DNA of 64,000 nt, from the NCBI GenBank assembly GCA_964637165.1, contig CAZWVI010000001.1, forward strand, positions 28,488 to 92,487, given 5' to 3'. Below are positions 9,383 through 18,657 of the stretch, one piece after another. A program made the translations under genes and the position numbers. This DNA is from an uncultured Planctomycetales bacterium (GTDB taxonomy: Bacteria; Planctomycetota; UBA1135). The notes beneath the pieces were generated by a model. It was not told the origin of the DNA. It saw only the letters and a program-made list of their open reading frames with translations, and made no database searches. Each line of letters opens with the position of its first letter. The stretch's first letter is position 1.

Positions 9383-9409
9383 ACCAACCCCCTCACCTGA
9401 CCTACTACG

Positions 9410-10102
9410 ATGAAGTTCACCCCACTCTCAATAATGAGCCTTTTACTCTTGCTCCCGGCTTGCCAGTCGGAGTCACTGCAGGAGACCATCCAAGACCAAG
9501 ACCAGCAACTAGAGTACGCGCAAATGACATTGCGCCGTCTCGAAGCTGAGCGCAGCACGCTCGACGCACAAGTTCAAGAACTTCGCGAAGAGTATGTCTA
9601 TGAGCAGCAAAAACGCGAAAAGGCCGAAAGTCGTTTCAATGCATTAAATGCATCCTACCAAGCTAGCCAAGCTGAAGTCGATGATTTGACTTCGCGTTTG
9701 GAAGGCACTGGAGTTGGTGTCACCAAGCGCGGTGATGTGCTCGTACTCGATCTGCCAAGTGCAATTACTTTTGCGCCTGGGTCGGCGAACTTGAATTCCA
9801 AAGGTCAGAAAAGCATCTCCACGGTTGCTGACATTCTTAACACAAGTTATGAAGGTAAAACCTTCTGGGTTGAGGGTCACACTGATAATGACAAAATCAA
9901 AAAGTCTGCCGACAAATGGGGCAGCAACCTTGAGTTGTCTTTAGAGCGTGCTTTGGCTGTTGCCAACTTCTTGATTAATGACAAGAAAGTTCCTGGCGAA
10001 CAATTCCGCATTGCCGGGCACGGCGAATGGATGCCAAAAGTTGCCAATGATTCACGCAAAAATAAAGCGACAAACCGCCGCGTTGAAATCTTAATTTTCT
10101 AA
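9410..10102 (+). CDS. OmpA/MotB-family peptidoglycan-binding lipoprotein with an N-terminal coiled coil
   Basis: Lipobox LLLLPAC. A Q/E-rich coiled-coil segment is present. The C-terminal OmpA-like domain shows FAPGSANL...GHTDNDK...SNLELSLERALAVANFL...NRRVEILI. Confidence 0.85.
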   Translation: MKFTPLSIMSLLLLLPACQSESLQETIQDQDQQLEYAQMTLRRLEAERSTLDAQVQELREEYVYEQQKREKAESRFNALNASYQASQAEVDDLTSRLEGTGVGVTKRGDVLVLDLPSAITFAPGSANLNSKGQKSISTVADILNTSYEGKTFWVEGHTDNDKIKKSADKWGSNLELSLERALAVANFLINDKKVPGEQFRIAGHGEWMPKVANDSRKNKATNRRVEILIF

Positions 10103-10125
10103 ACAAGAATTGCTTCTTGTCCCTA

Positions 10126-10162
10126 AAGCGGGGTGGAACAGGTATCCTGCTCCACCCCGCTT
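10126..10162 (+). terminator. Hairpin downstream of the OmpA-like gene (candidate intrinsic terminator)
   Basis: Perfect 12-bp inverted repeat AAGCGGGGTGGA (10126-10137) / TCCACCCCGCTT (10151-10162) with a 13-nt loop. The trailing T-tract is weak (GTTAATTG). Confidence 0.5.
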
Positions 10163-10197
10163 GTTAATTGTCCCTGCCCTTAGGGCCCCCCGAAAAA

Positions 10198-12153
10198 ATG
10201 CGTAACGTAAGTTTCATTGGTCATTCCGACGCTGGTAAAACCACCTTGGTTGAAGCGTTGGCTCATCATTTTGGTGCAACTACTCGAATTGGCACAGTTG
10301 CTGAAGGTAATACTATTTGCGATTTCACGGAAAGTGAAAGGGAGAAAAAACATTCTCTGGGCGCGTCAGTTGTTCACTTAGCAGAGCAGGAATTGAATTT
10401 AATTGACACTCCTGGTTATCCAGATTTTGTCGCTGATGCAATTACATCATTGGGCGCAGCTGGTTGTGCCGCTATCACAGTCTCGGCGCGTAACGATGGC
10501 TTGCCATTCCACGCAACTCGTATGTGGGAAGCCGCTGGAAAGTGTGGACTTGCCCGGGCGATTATTGTCACTAAATGTGACCATGAGAATTTAGATACTG
10601 AAGCTATTATTGAGAACCTGCACGAGGTCCTTGGGAATCAGGCGGTGCCGTTCACCATGCCCGATCAGGTTGGCCCCGGCTTTTCATCGGTGCAAAAAGT
10701 AGCTGCTGGCGAAAGTCCGTATCGCAGCCAGTTAGTTGATGCAATCGTCGAATCTGACGATGACTTGATGGAGAAATATTTAGAGGAGGGCGATGTAAGT
10801 GATGCCGAACTTGAAAAGGCAATTCCTATGGCGATGGCTAAGGGAACATTAGTGCCAGTGTTTTTTATAGACCCAGTGCGCAATATTGGACTAGAGGAAT
10901 TCGCTGAATTTTTAATTACAGAATTTCCGACCTCAAGCTTGCAATTGCAAGCAGTTAAAGGGGAGAACGTTGAAGGTGGTGGCGCGGACGAGCGTTTGGT
11001 CGCCCGTTGTTGGAAAGTTCTTTCAGATAAGCACCTTGGACAAATTTCGTATTTGCGTATTCTTCAGGGTACATTGAAAGCTGATATGCAGGTGCCTTGC
11101 CCAGAAGGAAAGCCTTTGAAAATGTCGGGTGTGTCGACATTGTTCGGTAGTGAAGTTAAAACCATTGCCAGCGCTGGCCCCGGTTCCATTGTGGCCGTCA
11201 CTCGTGTCGATGGAATCAAAATCGGGGATACTTTAGTATCTGAAGGATCAGCAAGCGCGTTTAATTTTCCACTTCCCCAACCATTTTCATCGCTGGCAGT
11301 TCGCCCCGCAAGTCGTGACGACGAGCAAAAAATTGGTTCGGAATTGGCTAAGATTGCCGCAGAAGATCCAACATTTAAAGTTACTCGCGATAACGTTACC
11401 CATGAAATGGTGGTTAGCGGGATATCCGATCTGCACTTGAAGGAATGTTTGCATCGATTGGAGTTGCGTGGAGTTAAATGCACAACATCACTGCCAATCA
11501 TTGCTTATCAAGAAACGATTACTAAGCCGGCTGATGGACACCACCGACACAAAAAGCAGTCAGGTGGTTCAGGTCAATTCGGTGAGTGCTACATCAGGGT
11601 CCGCCCAAATGACCGTGGCGCTGGCTTTGAATTCGTCGACAAAATTGTCGGTGGTTCAATTCCTCGTCAGTTTATTCCCGCGGTTGAGAAGGGACTCGTT
11701 GAGCAAATGAACGCTGGCATCATTGCAAGTTCACAAGTTGTTGACTTAGTCGTCGAACTTTACGATGGTAAGTATCACGACGTTGATTCTGATGAAGTGT
11801 CCTTCCGAATGGCAGGAGCGCGCGCATTGCGCGAGGCTTTTGATAACGGCAAGCCTATTTTGTTGGAGCCTGTGATGGACGTCAGCATTCATGTACCTAA
11901 CCGATACTTTGGTGACGTGAGCGGAGACTTAAATACTCGCCGCGGACAAATCCTTGGAATGGAATCTGAAGGGGATATGCAAATAATTAAGGCGCATGTT
12001 CCGAAAGCTGAAATGCAAAGTTACAGCACTCCGCTGCGCTCCATGACCCACGGGGAGGGCTTCTTTGAAATGGCATTTGACCATTACGACCAAGTCCCAA
12101 GTCAACTTCAAGATAAGGTTGTTGCAACGCTTGGCACTGAACACGAAGAATAG
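10198..12153 (+). CDS. Elongation factor G-like translational GTPase paralog with non-canonical G2/G3 motifs
   Basis: G1 GHSDAGKT, G3 DTPGYPDF, G4 TKCD. EF-G domain II-V-like regions follow (e.g. QETITKPADGHHRHKKQSGGSGQFG...). ATG 10198 (MRNVSFIGH) is preferred over the TTG at 10168. Confidence 0.85.
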   Translation: MRNVSFIGHSDAGKTTLVEALAHHFGATTRIGTVAEGNTICDFTESEREKKHSLGASVVHLAEQELNLIDTPGYPDFVADAITSLGAAGCAAITVSARNDGLPFHATRMWEAAGKCGLARAIIVTKCDHENLDTEAIIENLHEVLGNQAVPFTMPDQVGPGFSSVQKVAAGESPYRSQLVDAIVESDDDLMEKYLEEGDVSDAELEKAIPMAMAKGTLVPVFFIDPVRNIGLEEFAEFLITEFPTSSLQLQAVKGENVEGGGADERLVARCWKVLSDKHLGQISYLRILQGTLKADMQVPCPEGKPLKMSGVSTLFGSEVKTIASAGPGSIVAVTRVDGIKIGDTLVSEGSASAFNFPLPQPFSSLAVRPASRDDEQKIGSELAKIAAEDPTFKVTRDNVTHEMVVSGISDLHLKECLHRLELRGVKCTTSLPIIAYQETITKPADGHHRHKKQSGGSGQFGECYIRVRPNDRGAGFEFVDKIVGGSIPRQFIPAVEKGLVEQMNAGIIASSQVVDLVVELYDGKYHDVDSDEVSFRMAGARALREAFDNGKPILLEPVMDVSIHVPNRYFGDVSGDLNTRRGQILGMESEGDMQIIKAHVPKAEMQSYSTPLRSMTHGEGFFEMAFDHYDQVPSQLQDKVVATLGTEHEE

Positions 12154-12640
12154 ACAAGGGTTCACCTTGTCAGAACTGTTGTTGGTGGCGCTGTTGTTCG
12201 GTGCCACATCTGCGCTTGCTTTGCCGCATTTGTTGCGCCCGCGGCAAGAATTCAATCAAGAAAATGCTCTCCTGCATTTGAGATTGATTAAATCAGCGCG
12301 CAACAGTTGGCAGGCTGCTGGAAATCCCGCCCCGCCATTTTTTGCTTTAAGCGGTCTGGTACCGCGAGGCGATGCTGGATTAATGCGCCAGTTGACTCCT
12401 GCGTGTTATAAATTCCTGGGGCGTGGCGGAGTAGTTTTTTCTGGTTACTATTTCAGCGAACGCACATCAGCAGAAGGCGGTGGGGCGGGAGTATTGGCTG
12501 CGCCGACATTCAATACATATAGTGGAGCTAAATCGTTTTGGTTCGATTACAAAACTAATGTTGTCAGTTTGATTTCTGACCTCGGAGCACTGGCCAACAC
12601 CGGCCCTCCTAGTGCCAGTGGCTTAATTAGTTTGGAATAG
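12122..12640 (+). CDS. Type IV pilin / pseudopilin-like protein (prepilin-type N-terminal cleavage/methylation motif)
   Basis: Contains ...NRQG|FTLSELLLVALLFGATSALALP, i.e. Gly-1, Phe+1 and Glu+5 followed by a hydrophobic helix. A short basic leader needs a non-ATG start (TTG 12122 or 12131). The ATG at 12065 would give an implausibly long leader overlapping EF-G. Confidence 0.6.
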   Translation: MQRLALNTKNRQGFTLSELLLVALLFGATSALALPHLLRPRQEFNQENALLHLRLIKSARNSWQAAGNPAPPFFALSGLVPRGDAGLMRQLTPACYKFLGRGGVVFSGYYFSERTSAEGGGAGVLAAPTFNTYSGAKSFWFDYKTNVVSLISDLGALANTGPPSASGLISLE

Positions 12641-13438
12641 TTCCTGGGCGTTGTCCCAGCATGCTTGGGCAACGGTTTCTAGTGACTCGGGCCGTTGCTC
12701 GGCTAGGAACTCAAGTGTGTGAATAATGAACGCCGACTCATTTCGTTGCCCGCGTTTCTTTTGCGGCGACAAGAAGGGGGCATCAGTTTCAACCAATAAC
12801 CGATCGAGCGGAACCTCTGCGATCGATTCGCGTAGTTGTTGATTCTGCTTGTAAGTGGCATTACCAGCAAATGAAATATGTAATCCGAGCGCGACAAATT
12901 CGTGAACTAATTCAGGGGTGCCCGGCCAACAATGCATTACTCCGTTAATTGGTCCGCAGTGTTGTTGCAGGCATTCCAATGTTTCGTGTAGTGCTTCACG
13001 GCAGTGGATAATAATTGGCAAGGTAAGTTCCGAGGAAAATTCGAGATGCTTATTGAATGAATAAACTTGGTCTTCGGGTGCACTGCGATCGCGGAAGAAA
13101 TCGAGTCCGCTTTCGCCTACTGCAATAAAATTAGGCGTCTTTAATAATTGGTGAATTTCGGATAATTGAATATCAAGTTGCTTGCGGTCACTGCTGATGT
13201 CGTTAGGGTGCAAGCCCGCACTAGCATATACACCATCATGTTGTTGAGCAATTGATGCCGCCAGCAAACTACTTTCAATATCGATGCCAACGCAAAGCAA
13301 CTTTTCAACGCCCGCCAATCGTGCTCTGGCGAGCCTGTTCTCAACGGGGTCTTTTTCCAAATCCCATTGAAGGTGAGTATGGCTATCAAAGATTTTCACG
13401 CTATTAACTCTTAGGATATTGTTCGCGAAGTTTCTCAA
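12623..13438 (-). CDS. TatD-family metal-dependent hydrolase/DNase
   Basis: Shows IFDSHTHL near the N-terminus, GLHP, GESGLDF, IIHCREA and VETDAPFL. The true start may be the GTG at 13399 (VKIFDSHTHL), which removes the overlap with the upstream gene. Confidence 0.85.
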   Translation of the reverse strand: MRNFANNILRVNSVKIFDSHTHLQWDLEKDPVENRLARARLAGVEKLLCVGIDIESSLLAASIAQQHDGVYASAGLHPNDISSDRKQLDIQLSEIHQLLKTPNFIAVGESGLDFFRDRSAPEDQVYSFNKHLEFSSELTLPIIIHCREALHETLECLQQHCGPINGVMHCWPGTPELVHEFVALGLHISFAGNATYKQNQQLRESIAEVPLDRLLVETDAPFLSPQKKRGQRNESAFIIHTLEFLAEQRPESLETVAQACWDNAQELFQTN

Positions 13439-14297
13439 GAAATCCGCTAATAACTGGGTCGGCTAGTGGGTCTGTTTCAGTTTGATAAATAAGTTGAATA
13501 GCAAAATCCTGATCTAGCTTGAGCAAACCCAGCAAAGCCTCTTTGCGGAGCAATGCATTTCTGGCTTCGCTACGAAAAATCATGTCGAAAATTGGAATTG
13601 CTAATTTGGAATTGCGCTCGGCAAGCGCGCGCACCGCAGTGCGTCTTTCAAAGTCACCAAAGTTACTCCGTTCGACAACCTGCAATAATAATTCTTCCGA
13701 TTGCGGGGAAAAGTTGTGGGCCAACACTTGTGAAATAATGTTCAATCGCAGCGGAGAATTTGCCCGCGGCTTTTCCTTGAAGAATAATTTTCGAGTGCTG
13801 TTGAATCCATCAAAGCTGGGCGAGTAAGCCCACAAAACCTTCTGAACTTGGAGCCGTAATTGGTCAGATGTCCGGCGCAAGTCGAAGTGCTTGGCGATAT
13901 TACTGCTGGCACTTCCTTGGCTACGGCTGGCCGCTTCGAGATATAAACTCGCCAATGTCGGCTGCTTTCGGTCGCAGGCCTCAATCCATTCTTGCCAGTT
14001 AAGCTCGGCCGTGGCGGGGGATTGGGCAAGGCCAGCAAGAATTAATTGAGCTTGCGCGACTTCTTGGTCATTGAGTCGGTCTCCGTCAGCACTGAGGTGG
14101 CCAAACAGCAGTTGGGCAGATTGGGCGTCATCGGCTCCGTCAGCGCCGCATAGCCTTGCCGCTCCTGCCAAGGCCGAGGCTGCCGTCGCGCTGTCTATGG
14201 GCGCATAGGGGCTGCTGGTAAAGCTCTGAGGCGAATTCTCCGAGCAGCCGAGGATTAAGATTAATCCAACTGTCGCCGAAATGCGTGAAGTTCTCAT
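13404..14297 (-). CDS. Predicted lipoprotein with HEAT-like helical repeats; function unknown
   Basis: Signal/lipobox GLILILGC. The C-terminal part resembles HEAT/PBS-lyase-type repeats (RRTAVRALAERNSKLAIPIFDMI...ARNALLRKEALLGLLKL). Confidence 0.55.
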   Translation of the reverse strand: MRTSRISATVGLILILGCSENSPQSFTSSPYAPIDSATAASALAGAARLCGADGADDAQSAQLLFGHLSADGDRLNDQEVAQAQLILAGLAQSPATAELNWQEWIEACDRKQPTLASLYLEAASRSQGSASSNIAKHFDLRRTSDQLRLQVQKVLWAYSPSFDGFNSTRKLFFKEKPRANSPLRLNIISQVLAHNFSPQSEELLLQVVERSNFGDFERRTAVRALAERNSKLAIPIFDMIFRSEARNALLRKEALLGLLKLDQDFAIQLIYQTETDPLADPVISGFLEKLREQYPKS

Positions 14298-14448
14298 GTT
14301 CTGTACTATTGTGGATGTACCTTAGCTTGGGAATCCTCGAGCGTTACCACCATCTTAATGGCATGTATTTTGCTAGACTTTCGGTTAGGCCCTACCCTTT
14401 CTCCCCTAAACTAATCCCGAACGGGTGGCCTGTAAATCGACTCCCAAG

Positions 14449-17400
14449 ATGCGCATTCTAGGAAAGTTTCTTCTCGGCACATTACTTGTGCTCCCTGGCT
14501 GCTTCGGCGCCACTCCGGCTAGTGCCCCTAACCACCCGGACCAGTTCGCTTTGTCAAGCTGTTCACTTGGTTGTAGTGGCACAACGTGTGCGGTTAATTC
14601 AATCTCAACTAATCAACCAATCACCTTGGTTTTTAACGACAAGATTGACCCGGCTACCGTTTCACTTACTGAACTTTCAATAATTGATATTACATCTGGC
14701 GCAACTCCGCCGGTTGAATTTTCGGTTAGTGGAAATCAAATTATCGTGCGACCAACTTTGTTTGAAACCGAAGCGGGCCTCACCTTCGGTTTTGAAGAAG
14801 ATGGCATTTACCGCATTCAATTGTTTGCCGACCCTTTTACCAATGTCATTCGCTCGGTAATCGGTCGTCCTAACATCACTACTTTGGATTGCAATATTGC
14901 TACCAGTGGCATTACCGATTTGGTTCCCGGGCGTCCGCAAGTAATATTTACACCAGACGCGAGCACTCCGCCAACTAGTAGCGACTTCGTGGTAACGATG
15001 GTCTTTACTGACTTGATGCAAAAAGCCCAATTGGTTAATTCGCCCTATGGAACTTCGCCAACAATTGGCGTTCAAATTATTGACGACACCCAGTCCTCAA
15101 CTATCGCGGTAAATGTCCCTGGAACTTTCGACGTGAATTTTGATCAGGATGCATTGACGACAACTTTGGTCTTTACTCCATTGTCACCATTTCCTGGTGG
15201 CCGTGATGGCTTGCGTCGCTTGAAACTTAATTTTTCAACGCAAATTGCAGACATTGCAGGTAATTCAATTACCAATCCAGGTTCTTACGAGATAGATCTT
15301 CCGAATGCCGCGACTGTCGTCGATAGTTTTACCGAAGGCTTCAATGATCTAGCCATGTACGATGAGGGTGGTAGTGGCGTATCAATGTGGGCTGCATCGC
15401 CAGGTGCAGTGAGTTCGAACTTGGATCCATTAACCGGTTCCCATTCAGGCGGTGGCCCTGGCTACTTGGGCTCCTTTGTGCCGACTAGTGATTTCACTTT
15501 TGATACTGATGGCATGACCCTTGAATCAGTTACTGGTGATTTTTTAAACATCACTGATGGCGTTTTCGCTTTTGATTCGATTCACATTCCAGAGGGAGTG
15601 CGCGTCACCGCAATTGGCAGTAATCCCTTGCGTCTCTTTAGTCGAGGTGAATTTTTAGTCGAGGGAGATTTAGATTTGGGCGGGCTCAGTGCACCGGCCA
15701 ACTTTGGAAAATACTACCCGCGAGAAACAGAAATTATTGTTGGCGAATCGACCGGTGGAATTTTTGAATTTGAAGCAGAAGGTGGCGACCCAGGCGTCGG
15801 CCAGTGTGGCGCCGGAAGTGGTGGGCAAGGTGGTATGGCGTGGTACTTGTTGGACGGCCCCGGCTCACCAGCCAACCCTAATTATTTAGATGAAAACCTA
15901 AATGGTTTTGCCAGTGGCAATGGCGACCCAGCACGATATACCGATAACATTCGTTGGGGCGATGTGCACGGGGCAAATGGTGACGGTATCGGTGGGATAG
16001 CTTCAAGCGGAAACCCTGAAGCAAACCCAACGGGGATTGTGACAGACCGAAATAATGGCGCCGGAATGGGTTCATGGGCGTGGCCGCCGGTTAGTAATAC
16101 GGTGCCAAGTGCAGCTGAAATGCTGAACCCTCCACCAACAGTTGTTGCCGGTATGGCAATTGAATCTCACTTCGATAGTGGCGCTGGACTTTTTGAAAAC
16201 CACGCACTTCATCGTTCTCGCGGCGGCGGCGGCGGCGGATTTTGGAGTGATGGCAGTCAAGGCGGCTTTTTTGATGCGACTTCAACAAATCCGCTGGGAG
16301 ATCCTCTAACCGCTCCGGTGATTGATGCTGGAAATAATATTTGGGAGTACAACGATTTCTTGGATTGGGATCACCAATCCGGTGGTGGTGTACTCGATGC
16401 CGATGGTGGGCAATACAGCTTGCCGCTGGGCATCGAAACACTCGACCCTAATACTGGCCTCTTGGTTGGCGGTTCAGGCGGCGGCGGTGCAGGTTCAAGT
16501 TTGCATGGTTCGTGGTCTGATCAACCGACACTGGTGGCTGGCTTCATCGACACCTACCGCAATGCGGCTGGCGCCGGCGGCGGCGCAGGTGGCGGTGCCT
16601 TACAAATTCATAGTGGTGGTCGATTGAGCATTACTGGGGAAGTTAGTGTTGTTGGAGGTGCTGGCGGCGACTCTGAGTTTATGCTGCAAATTCCCTACAG
16701 CGACCCTGCCGCGATTAACTCTGGTTTGCCCGGCGATGCCGGCGGCGGAGGAGGTGCTGGCGGTGGAATATTGATTCAAACATCCGGTAGTCTGCAACTC
16801 GGCGCTGACGTTTTTCAACTTGATGGTGGGCGTGGCGGAATCGGTTCTGCTGGCAACCACGGTGGTGCTGGTGGTGCTGGACTAATTCGCTTTGAAACAG
16901 CAACCGGCGGCGAGTCGCTAGCTCTTTTGCAAAGTTCGGTTGCTCCAGACTCTTCGGTGGAACTTGCGCCGATTGGTCAGCCTGGCGTAGCAAACTTAAT
17001 TCAAAATCTAGGAGTGCTTTCTGGAACTACTGCTGATGCCGGCATTTTCAACGGCAACTCTGCGGGTGTTCGAAGTACTTGGTTTGCACCAGCAAATAAT
17101 GTTCTACTGCTTGACTACACAGGCTATACGATTACTTGTCGCTACAACACTGGAGTTGGCGGCGACCAATTTTTAGTCTACGAATCGGGAAACATTCATA
17201 CTATCCCTGGAACAACTCCAGTGTGGGCTGGTTTTCAGGTCGGTTGGGGTAGCCCAGGTCAAAGTGAACCTGACGCAATCTCGATCACTGATTGGATTAT
17301 TCCCGGAGTCGCAGCAACTGGCGATGGCTTAACAGGATTGCGTTCTAGTTTGGGTCGCATGATGCGCTTTATGTTGGTGTTTGACCAAGACCAAGTCGCG

Positions 17401-17472
17401 GCATTGATTGGTGCCGACCCGGCCGCATTCTTCGAAGTTCAAAGTATTAACTTCGATTGGATAGGCGAATAA
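14449..17472 (+). CDS. Giant predicted lipoprotein (~1007 aa), paralog of the 3963..7520 product (Ig-like N-terminus, poly-glycine core)
   Basis: ATG 14449 gives MRILGKFLLGTLLVLPGC. SbsA-Ig-like motif present (NQPITLVFNDKIDPATVSL). G-runs parallel those in 3963..7520 (QCGAGSGGQGG; SRGGGGGGFW; GAGGGAGGGALQIHSGG; GDAGGGGGAGGGILIQTSG; GNHGGAGGAGLIRFETA). Confidence 0.85.
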   Translation: MRILGKFLLGTLLVLPGCFGATPASAPNHPDQFALSSCSLGCSGTTCAVNSISTNQPITLVFNDKIDPATVSLTELSIIDITSGATPPVEFSVSGNQIIVRPTLFETEAGLTFGFEEDGIYRIQLFADPFTNVIRSVIGRPNITTLDCNIATSGITDLVPGRPQVIFTPDASTPPTSSDFVVTMVFTDLMQKAQLVNSPYGTSPTIGVQIIDDTQSSTIAVNVPGTFDVNFDQDALTTTLVFTPLSPFPGGRDGLRRLKLNFSTQIADIAGNSITNPGSYEIDLPNAATVVDSFTEGFNDLAMYDEGGSGVSMWAASPGAVSSNLDPLTGSHSGGGPGYLGSFVPTSDFTFDTDGMTLESVTGDFLNITDGVFAFDSIHIPEGVRVTAIGSNPLRLFSRGEFLVEGDLDLGGLSAPANFGKYYPRETEIIVGESTGGIFEFEAEGGDPGVGQCGAGSGGQGGMAWYLLDGPGSPANPNYLDENLNGFASGNGDPARYTDNIRWGDVHGANGDGIGGIASSGNPEANPTGIVTDRNNGAGMGSWAWPPVSNTVPSAAEMLNPPPTVVAGMAIESHFDSGAGLFENHALHRSRGGGGGGFWSDGSQGGFFDATSTNPLGDPLTAPVIDAGNNIWEYNDFLDWDHQSGGGVLDADGGQYSLPLGIETLDPNTGLLVGGSGGGGAGSSLHGSWSDQPTLVAGFIDTYRNAAGAGGGAGGGALQIHSGGRLSITGEVSVVGGAGGDSEFMLQIPYSDPAAINSGLPGDAGGGGGAGGGILIQTSGSLQLGADVFQLDGGRGGIGSAGNHGGAGGAGLIRFETATGGESLALLQSSVAPDSSVELAPIGQPGVANLIQNLGVLSGTTADAGIFNGNSAGVRSTWFAPANNVLLLDYTGYTITCRYNTGVGGDQFLVYESGNIHTIPGTTPVWAGFQVGWGSPGQSEPDAISITDWIIPGVAATGDGLTGLRSSLGRMMRFMLVFDQDQVAALIGADPAAFFEVQSINFDWIGE

Positions 17473-18647
17473 GTGCCCCGCAGAGGACGCTGCGTTGGTT
17501 TTTGCCAGCGGCAGTTTTAAAAAACGCGCACCAGTTGCTGCGCAACTGGGCGCTTGGCGTTGATGAGTCCGGAACAATTGTCGAAATAATTCCTGTTGAT
17601 GAACTGGGAGCGGCAGTTGCACAGCTGAAGGAATACCCAGATGAAATATGGAGCGCCGCACCCATTATGATGCACGCTCATTTGGAAAGTTATGATGCCC
17701 CGTCCGAGAGTTGGCAGCGTTCATCTTTTGCGGAATGGGTGACAGCTTTGTTGTCATGGCGTTCTCAGGAGCGCTTGAACTTTCATCAGTCTGCCCGGGC
17801 AAGTTTGAAAGAGTTGGCGGAAAATGGCTGTGCTCTAGTCTTAGCGCAAAGTTCCGAGTCAGAAGAAGCTATCGCAACTGATGGTAATCTTCCCGCTTTA
17901 ATTAATTGGTGTGAAATTTTTGCGCCTGACGAATCTGAGGCCAGCACTCTTTTTGAACTTAATAAAACGAAGGCGCATGATGGGATTTCTTTGCATGCTC
18001 CGTTTTCGGTTAGTGTCAAACTCGCAACTAAACTTTTTAGCGCCGGGGGACCGGTATCACTTCACCTTGGCGAACATACAGATGAACGTGAAGCCTTAAA
18101 AGGCCGTGGTCAGCTCGCGGAAATGATAGCTAAACTTAGCGGCCAATCGCCCGCGCAAGACTGGGACTCACCAATTTCATGGTTAAAAGAAGTCGGCGGG
18201 CTTCGCCGAGGGGTTTTGGCCGTTCACTGTGGTGATTTAGACCGGGGTGAGTTGCAGACTTTGGAGATGAATGGAGTTGCTATTGCTTGGTGCCCAGGAA
18301 CGCATGAATATTTTTCACGTTCAACCCCAAATTTTTTTCACGCGGGCCTCTTGCCACCATTTATTGGTTGTGATTCACGTGCTTCAAATAATTGCCTAGA
18401 CCCAATTCGTGAATTCGAATTGGCCAACACGATTTTACCTGACTATTCACCTGAAGAGTGGTGGGATGCGCTGACGGTACGTCCGGCAGAGTGGTTAGCT
18501 AGACCCGAGTTTGGCCAACTGTCTGTGGGGAAAAAGATGTGTGCACTACGCTTTGAAGATACTTCGCCCACGAGTGCTTCACAATTCCTGTCGCAAGTTG
18601 CGAGAAATGGCCGGCAACTGCGCCGAGGAGTCTTGGCCTTAGCTTAG
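17457..18647 (+). CDS. Amidohydrolase-superfamily protein (chlorohydrolase/deaminase-like)
   Basis: HxH metal motif (MMHAHLESYD), later LHLGEH, VHCG and GCDSRASN, typical of the amidohydrolase fold. Substrate unknown. The start is uncertain (TTG 17457 overlaps the upstream stop). Confidence 0.6.
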   Translation: MDRRISAPQRTLRWFLPAAVLKNAHQLLRNWALGVDESGTIVEIIPVDELGAAVAQLKEYPDEIWSAAPIMMHAHLESYDAPSESWQRSSFAEWVTALLSWRSQERLNFHQSARASLKELAENGCALVLAQSSESEEAIATDGNLPALINWCEIFAPDESEASTLFELNKTKAHDGISLHAPFSVSVKLATKLFSAGGPVSLHLGEHTDEREALKGRGQLAEMIAKLSGQSPAQDWDSPISWLKEVGGLRRGVLAVHCGDLDRGELQTLEMNGVAIAWCPGTHEYFSRSTPNFFHAGLLPPFIGCDSRASNNCLDPIREFELANTILPDYSPEEWWDALTVRPAEWLARPEFGQLSVGKKMCALRFEDTSPTSASQFLSQVARNGRQLRRGVLALA

Positions 18648-18657
18648 AATGTAGATA

